Counted from the first letter of the stretch, positions 1-14,193 are shown. The stretch: DNA of 55,962 nt from Fonticula-like sp. SCN 57-25 (GCA_001724245.1 MEDX01000012.1:1-55962), one strand, 5' to 3'. The notes: generated from the sequence alone by a model not told the origin. A program made the numbers and translations.

Positions 1-958
1 ATGCATATAGTCTTGCCGGTCAGCTTCGTGCTGCGAATGAGGAAAAGGTTGCCGCGGTCGAGCGCGAAAAGTCTCTGTCGGCGCGAAACAAGGAGCTTGT
101 ACGTGCACTTTTTCACTTTTTTTGGTCCTTACCTTGAAGCAGGGCGCGCGTCTTTCGTCGACCGAGGCGCAGTTGAATACCGAGCGTCAGGACAAGCGGC
201 ACATTCAGAGCGACCTGGACGCGGCGCGCGCGCAGATTGTTCGTCTCGAGTCTGCCATCTCTGCCGAGGAGGCGAAGCAGGACGCTTTGCGTATTGCCGC
301 GACGCAGGCGCTGGAGGAGGCGCGCGAGGCTTTCCAGAAGCAGCTTGCGCGCCAGCTGGACGACGAGCGGCAGATGGCCGAGCGCCGCCTGGACGCCGAG
401 CAGGTGCTTACGCGCGACCTCCAGCGCGAGGTCGAGGCAATGCGCGCGTCGCGGACGCCCGTTGCGATGTCGCCCATTGACGGCGCCCCGCCGACGCCGA
501 TGCTCGTCTCGCCGGCCATGTCGGTCCACGAGCTGCTCACGGACACGGCCGACCTGCCGAGCAGCCAGTACAACCAGCAGGCCATGGCGCTGCAGCGCAT
601 CAATGACGCGCTGAGGAGAAAGACGGCCGAGGCTGAGGCGCTTTCCGGCGAGGTTACGTCTCTCGTGGCGGTGCGCGATGCATTGGCCGAGGAGGCGGAT
701 AGGCTACGCCAGCGCGCGGACCAGTGCACGCAGGTGGAGAGCGCGCTTGCGGAGGTGAGCGAGCGGCTGACGGCGTCGCTCGAGCTGCTTCAGGAGAGGA
801 CAGAGGAGCTCGAGGCCCTAAAGTCGGATATGGAGGACGTCAAGAGCATGTTCAGGCAGCAGGTGACCGAAATGCTGGACAAGATTCGCGTGCTTTCTGA
901 ACCGCAGGCGCCTGTTCAGTCTCTTCCTGTCAACGATGCAGAGGAACAGTCGACGTGA
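1..958 (+). CDS. TMF1: TATA element modulatory factor / golgin (TMF1/Sgm1) C-terminal part; 5'-truncated
   Basis: Long coiled coil ending in ELLQERTEELEALKSDMEDVKSMFRQQV, resembling the TMF C-terminal domain. Intron 99-142 (GTACGT..CAG) keeps the frame; an acceptor AG at 9-10 suggests further exons upstream of the window. Confidence 0.8.
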
Positions 959-1272
959 CGAGGGTGAATGTCGTTTAGGGTTATATGTATGGTGTATATT
1001 GGTGGCGGCTGCCCTTTGGGGGATGGCCGTGAATATCAAAGGTCGCCCTTGGGGACGACATAATCGATCTAATGAAGAATTTTTGCTGTTATTATGCTTT
1101 GGTTTTCCGCTTTCTTGGGCAATTGCATCTCATTCTACAACAAATACTCCCTCACATTTTGAACATTTTGTTGCCTTGTCAGCAAATCAACAGAGCAACA
1201 GAGAGCCCCTGCACGGCAGCTCAACCTTACGCGGCGTCATGCAGTTAAGGAACCCGGAAAGCGCACGACGGC

Positions 1273-1932
1273 ATGCGGGTGTCGCCGACAGTGCTGTGCG
1301 CGGCTGCTTTTGTGGTTTGCATAGTCCTCTATGCCGGGGCTTCGTTGAGATTTAACCCTCTACGGCAATGGGACAATGGCGACGCGAGGTGGATGCGCGT
1401 TACTGATCTGAGCGGCAGGAGCACCGACATGCGCGGCTGGATCACCGGGCCCTTCAAGGCGCTTGGCGTTGGTACGCTGTCTTGCCCTGTTGCGTTGCTA
1501 GCTTACTGAGAAGCGGCAGAGTTCAACTGCGTTGATCTGCATGTTGGGACGATCCTTCCCGGGCATGTTCGCGGGAACCATCGTCATCACACCAAGAGCG
1601 AGGTTTTGTTCACGTGGGGAGCGCGCACGCAGTGGCGCATTGAGGACCGGAATTCCGAGCTGGGATATACGGACGTTACCCTCGGGGAAACTGAACAGAT
1701 GGCGGTGTACCTCCCGGTTGGCAGCGGCCATTTGATCCGCAACCTTGACACGGTACGCTCACGCATGGTCGGGCTGCGGCTGTGGACTGACACGGCGCGG
1801 GTCCAGAAACCGCTTTTCCTGGCAGGCTGCGCCGACGCAGAGTTTGACCCGGCAAACCCGCAAACGGACTATGACATTTGGAAGTCAGACTACAAGCTTA
1901 TTCCGCAGAAACCCGAGGCAACGTCATCTTGA
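1273..1932 (+). CDS. RmlC-like cupin (CapF/WxcM C-terminal-like) with N-terminal signal/anchor
   Basis: Removing intron 1472-1519 joins ORFs 1273 and 1606 in frame, giving LHVGTILPGHVRGNHRHHTKSEVLFTWG ... VYLPVGSGHLIRN (cupin motifs 1 and 2). Hydrophobic N-terminus. Confidence 0.75.
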
Positions 1933-1989
1933 TCAGCATTCATTAAAGTTCTAATACAGTAACAAAATATTTACACAAAAATTTCTAAA

Positions 1990-4900
1990 TTACGCCTTCA
2001 CCCTCTTGGCCACGATAGCGCTTTGAAGGAAAAAGTGCTCGGGAAACATGCGCTCAAACGCGACGAGGCACAGGTCGACCATCGACCCGGCCCCCTTTGA
2101 CATGTCGCCGACGAACCGCACCATGGTCTCTGCCTCCTGGTCAAATTCCTTTGACCTTTTCATCGACATGAGCGCCTCGAGCAGCTTGTCCTCGTTGGCC
2201 GCCGCCGACGTGGCGTCCTTGAAGCGCGTGCCGATGAAGGCCGCCACCGCGCGGAAGAACAGCCGAACCTTGAAGCTGAACACGGACGGCGTGCCAAACC
2301 CAAAGCGGCTCATGATGCCCACCTGCTGGCGCTCTTCGCCAAGCCGCGCGCACAACCGCACCATTTGCTAAAGAAATATGCGGATTAGCAAAAAAATAGC
2401 CATAAAAGCGCGCCGTACGGGCATGAGTGCTCTCAGTGTCGCCTGCTGCTCGTTGCGCTGCAGCCCGTCCACAAAGATCTCTGCAAACTGCTCCACGAGG
2501 AGGAGCGACAGGATCGCCTGGTCGTTGCTGCGCAGCGGCAGCGCGTTCAGCCAGCTAATCAGCTGCATGGCGACGCCCTCGCATTGCTGCCAGCTATTGT
2601 CCTCGCGCGCGCTGATCAGCTTCTGGTCGCTGTACGCGCGCAGAACAAAGATGCACGACTCGCTGAGGCAACTCTCAATGAGCTCCTCCTCGCCCAGCTC
2701 GGGGACGGCCAGGACCTCGGTCGCGGCCCGCCACGCCTGCCAGCTGCGGTCCACCTCAAAGTGGCGGCGCAAGCAGCGCTCCGCCAAGACGGCCATCGTC
2801 CGCAGAGACGACAGCGCAAAGCACGACGCCTGCAGCATCGGGAGCGCAAGCTAGAGCAGCGGCCGTTAGGGTACAGGGAAGCATAAAGATATGCGCGCAC
2901 CCTCTGCGACTGGCCGAGCGCAGACTCGACGGCTCGGACCAAAACATCGAGCGTGCGGCTGTCGGGCGCGCACACATTGACGAGGCTCAGCACGCTCACA
3001 AGCTACATCGCCAAAAGTCAGTCGCAACAACAATGAGCGCGCGGGGTCGTACCATATCGCGGACGTCCATGAAGCACTCGCCCGGTGGCGCGCTCGTGTT
3101 CACAAAGTCGATCAGCGACAGCATCGGTACCACAATGTCTGCAATAGAGAACGCCAGCTGTAGCTTGTCCATCACGACGGGCGTTAGGAACTCGACAAAC
3201 ACCTCGACAAACGCCTTGGTCTTTTCGATCACGCGCGTGCGGCCGGCCGCTGTCGACAGCACGCCGGGCGAGCGGGCCTCGGTGCATGTTTCGAGCAAGC
3301 GATACAGGAGCAGGAGCGAGCTGGCCTCGTACGCAGGGAGGCCGCGAGGCTCGTGCTGCGCCAGGTGGGCGCTCACGACCGACAGGGTGTCGCCGAAATC
3401 CGACCCGGAAATGCCGGAAAAGTCAAACTTGGTGACCCGCTCGGCGAGCGTGGCAAGGGACTCTTGGTCGCCCGGCGTCGGCATCGCAGTCGGGTGCAGA
3501 ACAAGCAGCTGTACAAAGAGCTCCAAAAAGGCGAGCGTGAGCTGCACGCGCGCCGTGTTCGACAGCGTGTTCATCGGGAGCGAAGAGCAAACGAGAACGT
3601 GGATGGAAAACCGCAGCATTTCGGACCGCGATGACGCCGACGTGCACGCGAACCAGACCTGAATATCGTGAATGAGGTCCGCGTCGGGGACCAGCAGGGA
3701 CCACGGGAGAGGCATCAGCAGCATGTTGAGCGTGCGGATGACCACGTCGCTCGATTCAAACGTGAGACAAGAGCTGTAAAAGGCCCACACTTGCCGCATC
3801 GTCAACTGCGCAGGCGAACCCTGGTGGCGCACAAGCCGCAGCATGGACGCGGCAAAAACCCCAATCACTGGCACATAAAGTGAGTCCGTAGTGCAACACA
3901 CACATATTAACGTACGGGTCTCCGCCAGAGGCGTCTCGCTGGCCGCCCATGGGAGGCTGTACGGGGACGACGGCCCGGGCACGTCCCCGGCGGACAGCTC
4001 AAAGGTGGACATCCAAGGGGAGAACACGAGCTGCAGCGCCTGCCATGATAGCCTTTGATGTGTGTGAGCAAACAACGTGTGGTTCGAGTTCAAACGTACG
4101 GTTCACTGCTCTCCAACATGGTCGAGGAAAGCGCGCCCGCAATGAAATAGGGGTACATGAGCTCCATGGCCGGCAGCATTGAGCCGTACAGGGATCCTTC
4201 GCCGTACCGCGCAGATACAAAAAACTCCCCGACCTGATTCACAACCTGTAGAAACACTTCCGCAGACTGCTTCAAGACAGGCAGTGGCTCCGCAGGGTCG
4301 TTCAGGACCTGCACCCATCGCGATGAATCCACCAGTTCGCCTGTTCAATGCGTGGTGGTTAGCACGGAAAATGTCGATGTGGCTGTGGCGGCGTACCGAA
4401 AACAACGTCCACCAGTTGGCGCTCAATGCGCTTGGAAAGCATGGCCGTGAGGACTGCCGACAGCACGGACTCGAGGTGCAGCGCAAATTGCTCGCCTGCG
4501 ATAGCCGCAGCGACGATGCTGGTCAAGACGGAGACAAGCTCGTATTGCGCGTCCGTCTGCGCAACAGGCCCAATGAGCTGCAGCGCCTGTAGCAGACTCT
4601 TGAGCAACCGCCCCGTCTCCTGCACACTGGGGTTCGACTGTAGCCACGCGGTCGCGTCGAACCGGCGCAGAAGGGTGCAGGCCAAGGACCCGAGCTCCTT
4701 GTTCACCTCGATGACCTTGTCCAGGAAGCCGACAAAGTGGGCCGGCGACTGGGCGGGGGAAAAGAGCGGCGAGAGGAAAGGGATCATTGGCGTGTTTGCC
4801 AGCATGAGCTCGAGCAACTTTGACGACTCGCTGGGCATCGGCGCAATCCAAACACGACCGAGAAGGCTGTGCGTTGTGTGCAAAAGCATCGCTGCGGGCG

Positions 4901-7900
4901 GGTACGATGGGGCGAGCGGCGACAGCGTCTTGATCATCGCGTAAAAGGCAATGTTGCACACTTTGCCGAGGTGCAAACGGCTTTCCTCGCTGAGCGTCGC
5001 ATCTTGTGCCAGATCCGCCATCCACTCCATAGTGCCCACGACGCGCAGCACAGAGAGGACGACATCGCGCACGCGCTTGTTTGTCTGGGAAAGCAGCTCG
5101 CGCGACTGGTGCTTGAGCGCGTCCGCCGCGTCGGCCACAGGCTCCACGCGGCGGCGCTGCCGATACTTGACCGACAGTGTCGCGGCCCCGCGGCACTGCG
5201 GCTGCGACTTGTGCTGGTCGCAGAGCTGGTGGATAACCTCGTCGCGCGCCACGTTGCGGTAGAGCAGCTTCATCTGCGTGCAAAAGGATTCGTCGAGCAG
5301 CGCGCCCGTCTGCATGGCCTTGACGTGCGCATTGGCCTCGTCCGCCAGCAGCCGCAGCTCGTTGGCAAAAACATTCTCCGACGCAAACTTGGGATCCGCA
5401 AAAACATCGATACGGTGAATGCAAAGAGACTCCATCGCGTACGGCGGCGCTGCGCTGCGCATAATCTCCAAACTGTGAGCAAACGGATCGACGGCTCCGT
5501 TCGTGCGCAGGCGTGCGGCAACTTCGTGCTTGGCGACGGCCGGCTCAAATGCCCGGTAAAGCACCTCGGCGTTCAAAAAGTTTGACCAGAACACGCTTGT
5601 CGGCTCCTTCTTGTGCACGTCCATCAGCAGCTCCACCCAGTACTCGGCCGGGAGCGAGCTCATATCAAAGCCGCGCTGGAGAATGCGCGTATCGTTGAGC
5701 CAGAGCTTCATCGCCGTGAAAAGCCGTTGCAGGGAAGCGTGGATCGACCGCTCGCGACGAAGCGCATGCTCGGCAATCGGGCCGTGCTGCCCGACGCCGA
5801 GATTCGTCTCGATGCGCTTGCCCTCAACTTCATGGGCACGCGCGAGCTCGACCAAGCGCGCGCGGGCGCGGGTCAACAGGTCGGCGCGGGTCTTGAAGAG
5901 CTGCGGAGCAAAGTAGGGGCTGCCGGTGGTCATGGCGCCAGAGTGGGTCGTCTCAAAGTAGAGCGCAAAGAACTGCTGCCAAAATAGCGGCAGGGACGGG
6001 TGCATGCTCGAGAGCTCCGTAGCGTGCTGCAGGAATCGGTAGATCGACAGGTAGTTTGGCGGTCGCTCCAGCGTGATAATCCCGTCCTTTGTCAGAGCGC
6101 TCAGCGTCGTCGACGGCCGCGTAATCAGCGCCAGCCCAATGTCACGCCGCAGCGGCCGCTCCGCGCGGCATTCCGAGCTGAGCACAACCAACGCATACCA
6201 AGCGTGCTGCTTCTCGATGGCGGGCTCAAACGCAAACAGCTGCGTGAAGGACGACTCGGTGCTCGTCAGCATCGACGGGAACGACGTGAGAGCTTCCTGT
6301 GCGATAATGGCCGACACAAGGGACAGCGGGTTGGAGCGAGCTCGCATGCGGTTAAACTGCCGGTCAACAAAGAGCTTGCGCTCGTCCTCAAAGACGGCGA
6401 GAATATTCTCGGTCCCTCCGACAACAAACGCCCACTTGAACAGGACGTCAAACAGCTGCACGCACACCGACTTGCGGAACCAGTCGTCGCCTCCGCTGCG
6501 AGCAATGATGGTCGTCCAGAAGCGAGCGAGGTTGTCGACGGGCGAAAGGCCGTTCACAGACGAGTAGTTCTCGTGCCTGCCGAGCGTGGCGGCAATGAGG
6601 CCAGCGACGGGGCCGGGGTTCTTGGACGACTGGTGCAGGATTGTCTTTACGAGCTCGCCCGTTGCCGACGTGTCGCTCTGCAGCAGGCGAACAAAGAGAC
6701 GAATTAAGCCAATGTCGTCGGCGAGGTCTGGGCCGCGCTCGCAGAGCAGCGTCGGGAGCAGCGAGCGAAGCGCGACAGTCACCAGCTCGTCGCAGTCCCA
6801 GTCCGCCATGACATGAAGCAGAGGAACGCCCTGCTCGGCAAACAAAGCAGCGTCGTAGCCGATTCTTGTGAGCATGATGGCCGCGAAGGACGCCGTGGGC
6901 GACTGCTTGGCGCGACGGATCGTGTCGAGCGCAACATCCGTATCGTAGTCCAACGGCAGCAGCGATGCTCTGATCGGATGGGGCGGTATCTTGGCGTCGC
7001 CGCCGCACCACAGGAAGAGGCGCGGGAGCGTGCGCTTGGCATACTCGACTAGGGGGTCAGTCGGTCGGCCGGTGAGCATTTTCTGCGTGAGCGCCGTGGC
7101 GGGCGAGATGCGCTGCTGGCGCGCCTCGGACTCTACGGCAATCTCGGTCAGCAGCAGCGCAACCGCGCGATGCAAGGCGGCGTCCAGGAAGAGGTGGTCC
7201 GGCCTGTCCTCCTCGAACCCCCAGTTAAGCCCCTCGAGAAGCTTTAGGAGAAGCAGCATTTCGGGGCTGTCAGCTGGGCTGTGCGACAGCTGCTTCAGCC
7301 GATCAATGTCGTCATGGGGAAATTTCCACTTGTTCAGAGGCAGCTCCTCGAGTAGATACGTGGCGGCGCGCCCGAGCGTTTGGATATTCCCGGCGATCAA
7401 CTCGAACAGCGTATCGAGCGCGTACGTGTGCTTGTACGAAATGGCTCGAAGCGACTCGCGCCCGAGCTTCTTGTACAGATCGCGCGTGTCCACGTTCAAA
7501 AAGGTCACCCAAAAGATCTCGTGCGCAATGAAGCGCACAAGCTCGGCATTCGCGCGGTGTTCGGCTAGCTCGCTCGGCTCGGGCGTCAGCACGCTGCTGG
7601 CCGGCCGCGACGTCGCGACCTCGTACAGCCCCGTCAAAAGATAGTCGGCCTCTGTATTGTTGAGGCGGACGACCTTGTGCAGATTCTGCCTCCACTGCGC
7701 GCTCTGTTCGCTGTCGTGTAGGAGAGGATGCCAGCGCTTTCCCCCCTGCTGCCCGGACGCGGGCGGGGGCGGGTTGCCGAGAATAACAAAGGCAATCTTC
7801 CAGGACGCATCGGCCGACAGGCACTCGAGAGGAAGGGTGGGCAGGAACCGCCAGAGGAGCGGGTACCGTAGCAAGTGTGACGTCGCGCGGGTGACGTGCC

Positions 7901-10032
7901 CGTCAATCTCGGCCTGCAGCGTCGTCCGGCGGCCTTCAAGCCGAATCGGCTTCAAGAGACCAATGTGCGGGTTCGATACGGCGCACTTTCCTATGCACTT
8001 TGACAGCTCCGTAATGAGTGCTCCGATCCTGCGGGTATGTGAGCACAACAGTAATATGCAAAGGCAACAGCAGAACGCACCGCTTGACAAGTTGGCGGAA
8101 CGGCCGCACGGGAAAGGCGGATGGCGCGTTGCTGACGACCGAGAGGACGCGATTGCAGAGCGCCATCAGCGTCATGAGCGCATCGGGAGCGGTGATCTTG
8201 ACCACGTGCGACACCAAAAACTCGCAGAAATCGGAAAAGGGGAACTGCTGAAGGAGGAGCTCGTAGTCGGTTTCGGATATCCTGGGCCACAGTGTTGATT
8301 CACGGACGTTCTCCGAGTCTGAAAGAAGAACCCACTCGACGTCGAGACTCAGCTCGGAAGCCGAATCATTGACCACGGCGCTTGACAACTGCCACTCTGA
8401 CGTGCTGAAAAAGAGCTCCAGCATCACCAAGATATTGTCGAGGGAAATCTCATTCCAAAGCTACCCGCAACAGCGTGAGAAACCATTCATGTGCTTAAAT
8501 TAAAACAAAGCGCACCTGGACAGGCTGAAACTGCACAAACGAAAGTCCCCATTCGCCGATATTCTCCGTGCGCACGCAGTGGAGCAGCAAACGGCGCTGT
8601 GTCACAAAGCTGCCGACGCGTAGCAGCGCGGCAACGATATGCGTGGTCCAGCTGCGCACGTCAAGCACAAACCGAGAGAGCTTTTTAATGACGCTGTACG
8701 CGTCGTCGTCGTCCACGAACGCGTGCTCCGGCCCCGACTTGTCGGCGAACACGCCCTCCACGTCCGGATGCGCCCGCGATATCCCTTCGAAACCAAAGAG
8801 CACGTCGACAAAGTGCTCGAGCTCGGCTACCTTATCCGACACTTCCTCCCGCCCAGTGGGTGAGCTAAGGATGGCGTCGCCGGCCTCCTTGAGCGCAGCC
8901 GCAAGGTCGGGCTGCGCCAGAAACTCGAAAATGTAGTTTTGAGCCCGCAAGCGAGACGATTCGGTATCAAATTCCGCTTTGCTCAAGTGAGTCAAGTGCA
9001 TTTCGCGGCGCTGGTTGAGGCCTGCCTTGAGCTCCTCCAGATTGGCCGGATTGCAGTGCGCCTCCTCGTTCCAGTACTTTGAAGTGACCACATTGCCGCA
9101 AGCGCACTTGCCCTCGGCCACTACCGCACGTCGGTCAAACTGCCACACACCTTCGGCTGCCGAGTTGACGATCACCTCAAGATTCAGAGCGGTCGTCCGA
9201 CAGCGATTCAGTTCGAGGTGCGCGTCGTAGTATGCCTGCATCAACTCGAAAAACCTGCAAGGGGCGCTTAGTAAAAACGATAAAAAGTATGTATTGCGCA
9301 CTTGCTATCTCTCCGCGCAAGGCGGCGTTTAAAGTCGTCCAAAAATCCAGGAAGCGTGTCCAGCGCCTCATTCACGTACAGCGAGTTCAAAAAGTCTTCG
9401 GGCAGCGGCTCGATTAGATCTACAAAGAAACGTCAGCCAACACAATCTGATTTAAAATGATGCGCACTTGAAAGATACGCCTGCTTGTCTGACTCGGTCA
9501 TTGTGTGCGTGTGCGATTTGACCACAGGCTCCGCTGACCTAAATGGCGCGACTTGAGGGGCGAGCGCCACAGTGGGATACATTGACTGGTGCGCGCTGCC
9601 TTGAAGTTCGGACGACGACGACACAACGGACGTCATGAAGGGCGCAATAGAAGGCGCCAGCGATACAGACGGGTACATTGATCGGTACCCCTCCAGCGGA
9701 TCCACGGGGATGGCAACCGAAGCGGGAGCAATGGCGGGCAACGACGTCCTCTCGGAATCGATCGCCTCTATGCTGCTGTTCGGCTCTTCCACAATATCAA
9801 CCACGGTGTTATCCGCATTCGAAGCGCTCGCGCGGTTATCGCCAAGCACGTCGCCATAATCCACCTCCCCTTCCAGAACCTCGGCGTGCTCGTCGTAGAG
9901 ATCTGCTATCGACGACTCCTTGGGTGCCGGCGCTGCAGCAGGCGCCTCTATAGAGCGTGGAGGTTCGGCGCTCCTTGTACTCGGCTTGGCCTTCTTCGTC
10001 TTGGCCGCCGGTTTTCGCAACATCTGCTCCAT
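1990..10032 (-). CDS. EPG5: Ectopic P granules protein 5 (autophagosome-lysosome tether), about 10 introns
   Basis: Chain of minus-strand ORFs (9433-10032, 8495-9301, 7936-8430, 4359-8090, 4090-4332, 2996-4093, 2368-2838, 1990-2364) separated by short GTRCG..AG introns. Very large helical protein with EPG5-like segments (LLLHCVR..IGEWGLSFVQ, ELPLNKW, LLEGLNWGF, PLFWQQFFALYF). Confidence 0.8.
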
Positions 10033-10741
10033 GGTGGAAGCCGCCGCCTAGAATAATACACACGGCGCCCAGGCACTTGCTCACCTCCCTGCGTTACGTC
10101 AACAGCACAAGTCCCTGCAGAGATCTTTCTTGTTTGCTCGGTTTGCAGTTTGCAGTTTGCATGATCGCGTATCGCGATTCAATCGGGCTTTTCAGCGGCC
10201 AAGCGCGGCTCCCAGCAACCAACCGCGCCGTTCAATAATTGTCCGGGAGCATTGTTGCACGCCCCAGGCGCCATGAAAAGCCATTCGCGGTCTGTGGGTA
10301 GTGCCGTCGCTCCCTATGGAATGCCAAGGCCAGGCTGATGTGGGGTAAATATGCGTTGATAAAACAGAGACCCGCGATAGAGAAACTTTCAGACTGCGCT
10401 CAGTGGGTATTTTTTAAGTGACGCCCCGGCCTATTCACTTTCTCCATTTCACACCAGTTTCACACCGTATCGCTTCCATGTCACGTTCATATCGCTGCAC
10501 GCCACGCTGCCCGCCACGGAACCATTGGATTGTTATGGAAGGCGTCCCTTCCCAAATCGGTACAGCGCACCAATCAGCACGCTTCGAATTCATTCCAAGG
10601 TCGAATTTGGCGCGTTTTGAAATCGCAGTTTGGGTGAAACGCGACCGCGTTGTTTTCTCCGTCGAGGCGTACCACCCAGCGACCACCCGAATCAAGGCAC
10701 CGAGCGATCGCAGCCAGCGAGCTTGTGACGCGTGCGCACCA

Positions 10742-13700
10742 ATGGCAGAGGTTCCCCCTGCATTTAGCGGAACTCTATGCTACAATGAAACCACGCTGGT
10801 TTCCTACGTCGATGGCGCCATCACCGAGGTGGTGTCAAGCGAGGGGCCGTGCGGCGGCTTGACCCCCGACCAGATCGAGCTCACCGTCGGTATCCTGCTG
10901 GGTATCGCATTCGGTATTTTCTGGCTTGTGGGCGCGTTTGCGGCCCTCTTTGTAACCTATAAAACTCATCGCAAGAAGCGTGCGTGGACTAGATCTCTCT
11001 TTTTTTGTTTGGTTGGCCAAGGCTGATTGATCGCTTGCCCACGCAGGTGCGGAAAATGTAGAGCAGACAAGCATGGTGCGCGAGCGCCTTGCCATGTTTG
11101 AAGGCACCACGACGGAGCTTGAAGGATATGACCAGACGATCCGTCTGCTCGGAGATGCGCAGTGTCTTGCGGCCGAGTTGGCGCTCCGCTCGATGGACCT
11201 TACGCAAGGCGCCACTTTCGGAACTAAAATGCTGTATTACTACCGGAGGCTTATGTTTTTCCTTGTCCGTAGCGGCCTTTACAATGCTATTTACGTTTAT
11301 GAGCTGTTCGTGTTGTCTGCCTTTATCTTCATGGACAGTATCAACTGGGGCATGGTGACGGTGTCGGATAACTTGCCCGCCGTCTTGGGGTGGCTGTCGT
11401 TTGAGATCGACAGCATGGTGCGCAGTGGACTATTGTGCACGTACATCATGCTTACGATTTTTTGCGTATTAGTATATTTTCTGGGGAACTGTTGCTGCGT
11501 ATGGCCTGCTCGCCATGATGGCGGCCATTCGTTATTTCGGATACCGCAGCGAGGTTTACAAGGACATTTTGAACAAGTTTTACGCGCTTCTTCTCTTCAT
11601 TTTGCTCATTCCTGCTATGAAAGTTTGCATGGAGCAGCTTGATTGTGTGTACCGCGACCCCTCGGTCCCGTACGTGTATCTCCAGAACAACCCATCGATC
11701 CAGTGCTTCCACGGACTCCACATCCTGAACACGGTCATTGCTGTAATCTTCATTTTTGGCATGTACGCCGCGGCGCTCATCTACATTGTCTACATTCGCA
11801 AGAACATTAGCGACTTTATTCGGTTCAATGCCACCTTTGAGATCGTCCTTTTGGCCGTACGATTTGCTTTATTCCGCAGCGCGGCCGCTGACTGCTGCTG
11901 CAGGGCAAGGCGTTGCTCAACGTTATCGACGTATTCTTTGGCAGCCTCGGTAATGGTCTCTTGCAGCTCATTGTCGTCCTGCTCGTCATGCTCGTGTTCG
12001 TTTCGGCCAACTTTTGGGTGCAGCCGTGCCGAGGCAAGGGAGCCATCCCCAACAGCGTGCGTACCGGCGTGTACCTCTCGTGCGTGTACGGCTGCTGCTG
12101 CGCCTTTGCGGCCCTCTTCATCAACGCGGTACGGCAGTCCTTGCCATGTTACGCTGGCGGCGGCTCATTGACTTTTGTCGCGGCAAATAGGGCATCCCTA
12201 AGGCGGACGGCGGCAACACTGCTCCGCTGATTGCGTACTTTGCCGGCGTCGTCCCCGTCATTCTCATTGGCTTCTTCATCAACTACCCTCGCGCTCGTCC
12301 GCTTACCATTCCCGACAAGTCGTTCCGCGAGCTGCTCCTTGACCCGAACGAGAAGACCCGCAACATGGCCGCTCTCGCCGTGTCCGTCAGCAAGGTCATT
12401 GACCTCTCGTCCTCTGGGATTGAGGACAAGCACATGAAGCTGATCGCCGAGGGCGTCAAGAGCAGCAAGAGTCTCAAGCAGCTCAGCCTGGCCGACAACA
12501 AGATTGGCGGCTCGGGCATGAAGGTGCTCGCCGAGGCGCTCAAGACAAACAAGTCGGTCAAGTATCTTGAGTACGCACAATGCGCATTTTTCCCCCCGGT
12601 CTGCCCGTGCTGACGCTGCGCGCCGCAGTATGAGCCGCAACTACATTGGTGTCGAGGGGTCGCGCTACGCCGCCGACATGATCCGCAAGCACACCGTTCT
12701 CGAGCAGCTCTTGTGCGCACTTGCCTTTTCCGCTGCCGCCCGCCCCTTCTGACCTGTTTTTCTCTTTGTAGCCTTGACCGCAACGGCCTCCGCGATGAAG
12801 GTTCCAAGACTGTTTGCAACGCGATCAAGAAGCACGACTCGCTCATCGTGCTCAGCCTGTGCGGCAACTACATTAGCAACGAGGCGGTCCCGACGATGCT
12901 CGAGGTGGTCAAGTCCAACATGGTTCTCCAGTGGCTGATCCTCGACGACAACAAGATCTCGGCCGAGAACCTCACTCTGATCACCACGACGCTCGACGCG
13001 AACGCCCCCGCAAAGTCCAACAAGTACAACACGTCGCTGTCCGTCGAGCTGCGCGCGCGCCGCGACTCTGACGCGCGCAACCTGCTGTCGGGCAAGCGCA
13101 AGACGTACCTCAGCCTGGTCACGGACGACCCGTCGAGCAGTGCGCCCGAGTCGTCTCGCTCGAGCACGCTGGTCCGTGAGCGAGTCAACAAGCTGTCCGA
13201 GTCAGCCGGTTCGTCGCCCACGGCGAGCTCGCCCGATACGCCCAACCGCACGCCGCCCTCGGGCCGCAAGGTGGATGGCGTCGAGGGTGCGCCCTCCGTC
13301 AAGGACCGCCTGAGCAAGCTCGTCGACTCGTCGAGCGCCAGCAGCGAGGCTATCAACAGTAATTCGCGCACGGGTCTGCTCGCCGATACGGCGCCATCGC
13401 CGGTGGCGAGCGAGGTCTCACTTGCCGGCGACCGCAACAGCATCGCCATGAGCGAGATCAAGTCGAGCAAGCAGGACTCGAAGAAGGACCCGCCGCCTAG
13501 CTCGCCGTCGGTCAAGGACAGGATGAGCAAGCTGATTGACGGGGCCGCGGCCGAGAAGGGCGCGACCACGGGCACGCCGTCGACGGGAGGCGAGCGCGGG
13601 ACGCTCGGGAAGGATAGGCCCGCGAGCGTCGTGTCCCAGGCGCCGCCCGCCACGCCCAGCGCCCCCGCCGACGACGAAGGTGCCCCGCTCAGCGTAAAGG

Positions 13701-13753
13701 AGAGGCTCAGGAGAATGTCGCAGGCGAACAGTGGTTCGAGCTCTCAAAAGTAA
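10742..13753 (+). CDS. Multi-pass membrane protein with C-terminal RNI-like leucine-rich repeats and a Ser/Pro-rich tail; 6 introns
   Basis: Many hydrophobic helices with a DC..YLQNNPSIQCFHGLH loop and a QPCR..PNSVR motif, followed by LRRs (LKQLSLADNKIGGSGMKVLAEALKTNKSVKYL, LSLCGNYISNE, LILDDNKIS). Intron donors near 10980, 11418, 11857, 12129, 12571, 12713. Confidence 0.75.
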
Positions 13754-14193
13754 ACTACACTCTTCGCCATGGTGGCAGTTAGATTACATATAGTCATAAT
13801 TTCTTTTTTGATATTGCCATTTCGATATAATTCGTATTTCCGGATGCGTTGTGGTAGAAATGACGTGCCAATCGGGACAAAGATGTCCCTTGCCGTCGTC
13901 CAAGTAGTCATGTCTCTTTTGAATAAATATGTGAATTCTATCTACTTTGCGCTCAGCGGGACTATCGATACTTGCATAGTACTTCATTGATATATAAATA
14001 TATAGGCATACCGATACGATAAAAACTGTCCGGCGCCACCTACGCAGTAGGCAAATGGCGCCGGACGTCGTGCACGAATAAATAGCAAGAAAGCGAGCGT
14101 TGCGAAAACAGCAAAATTTGATATAGTAAATATAGCACCAGAAACTTGAGCACAACAAATTGCTTGCGATGTACAGCGAAACGGAGAAAAAAA

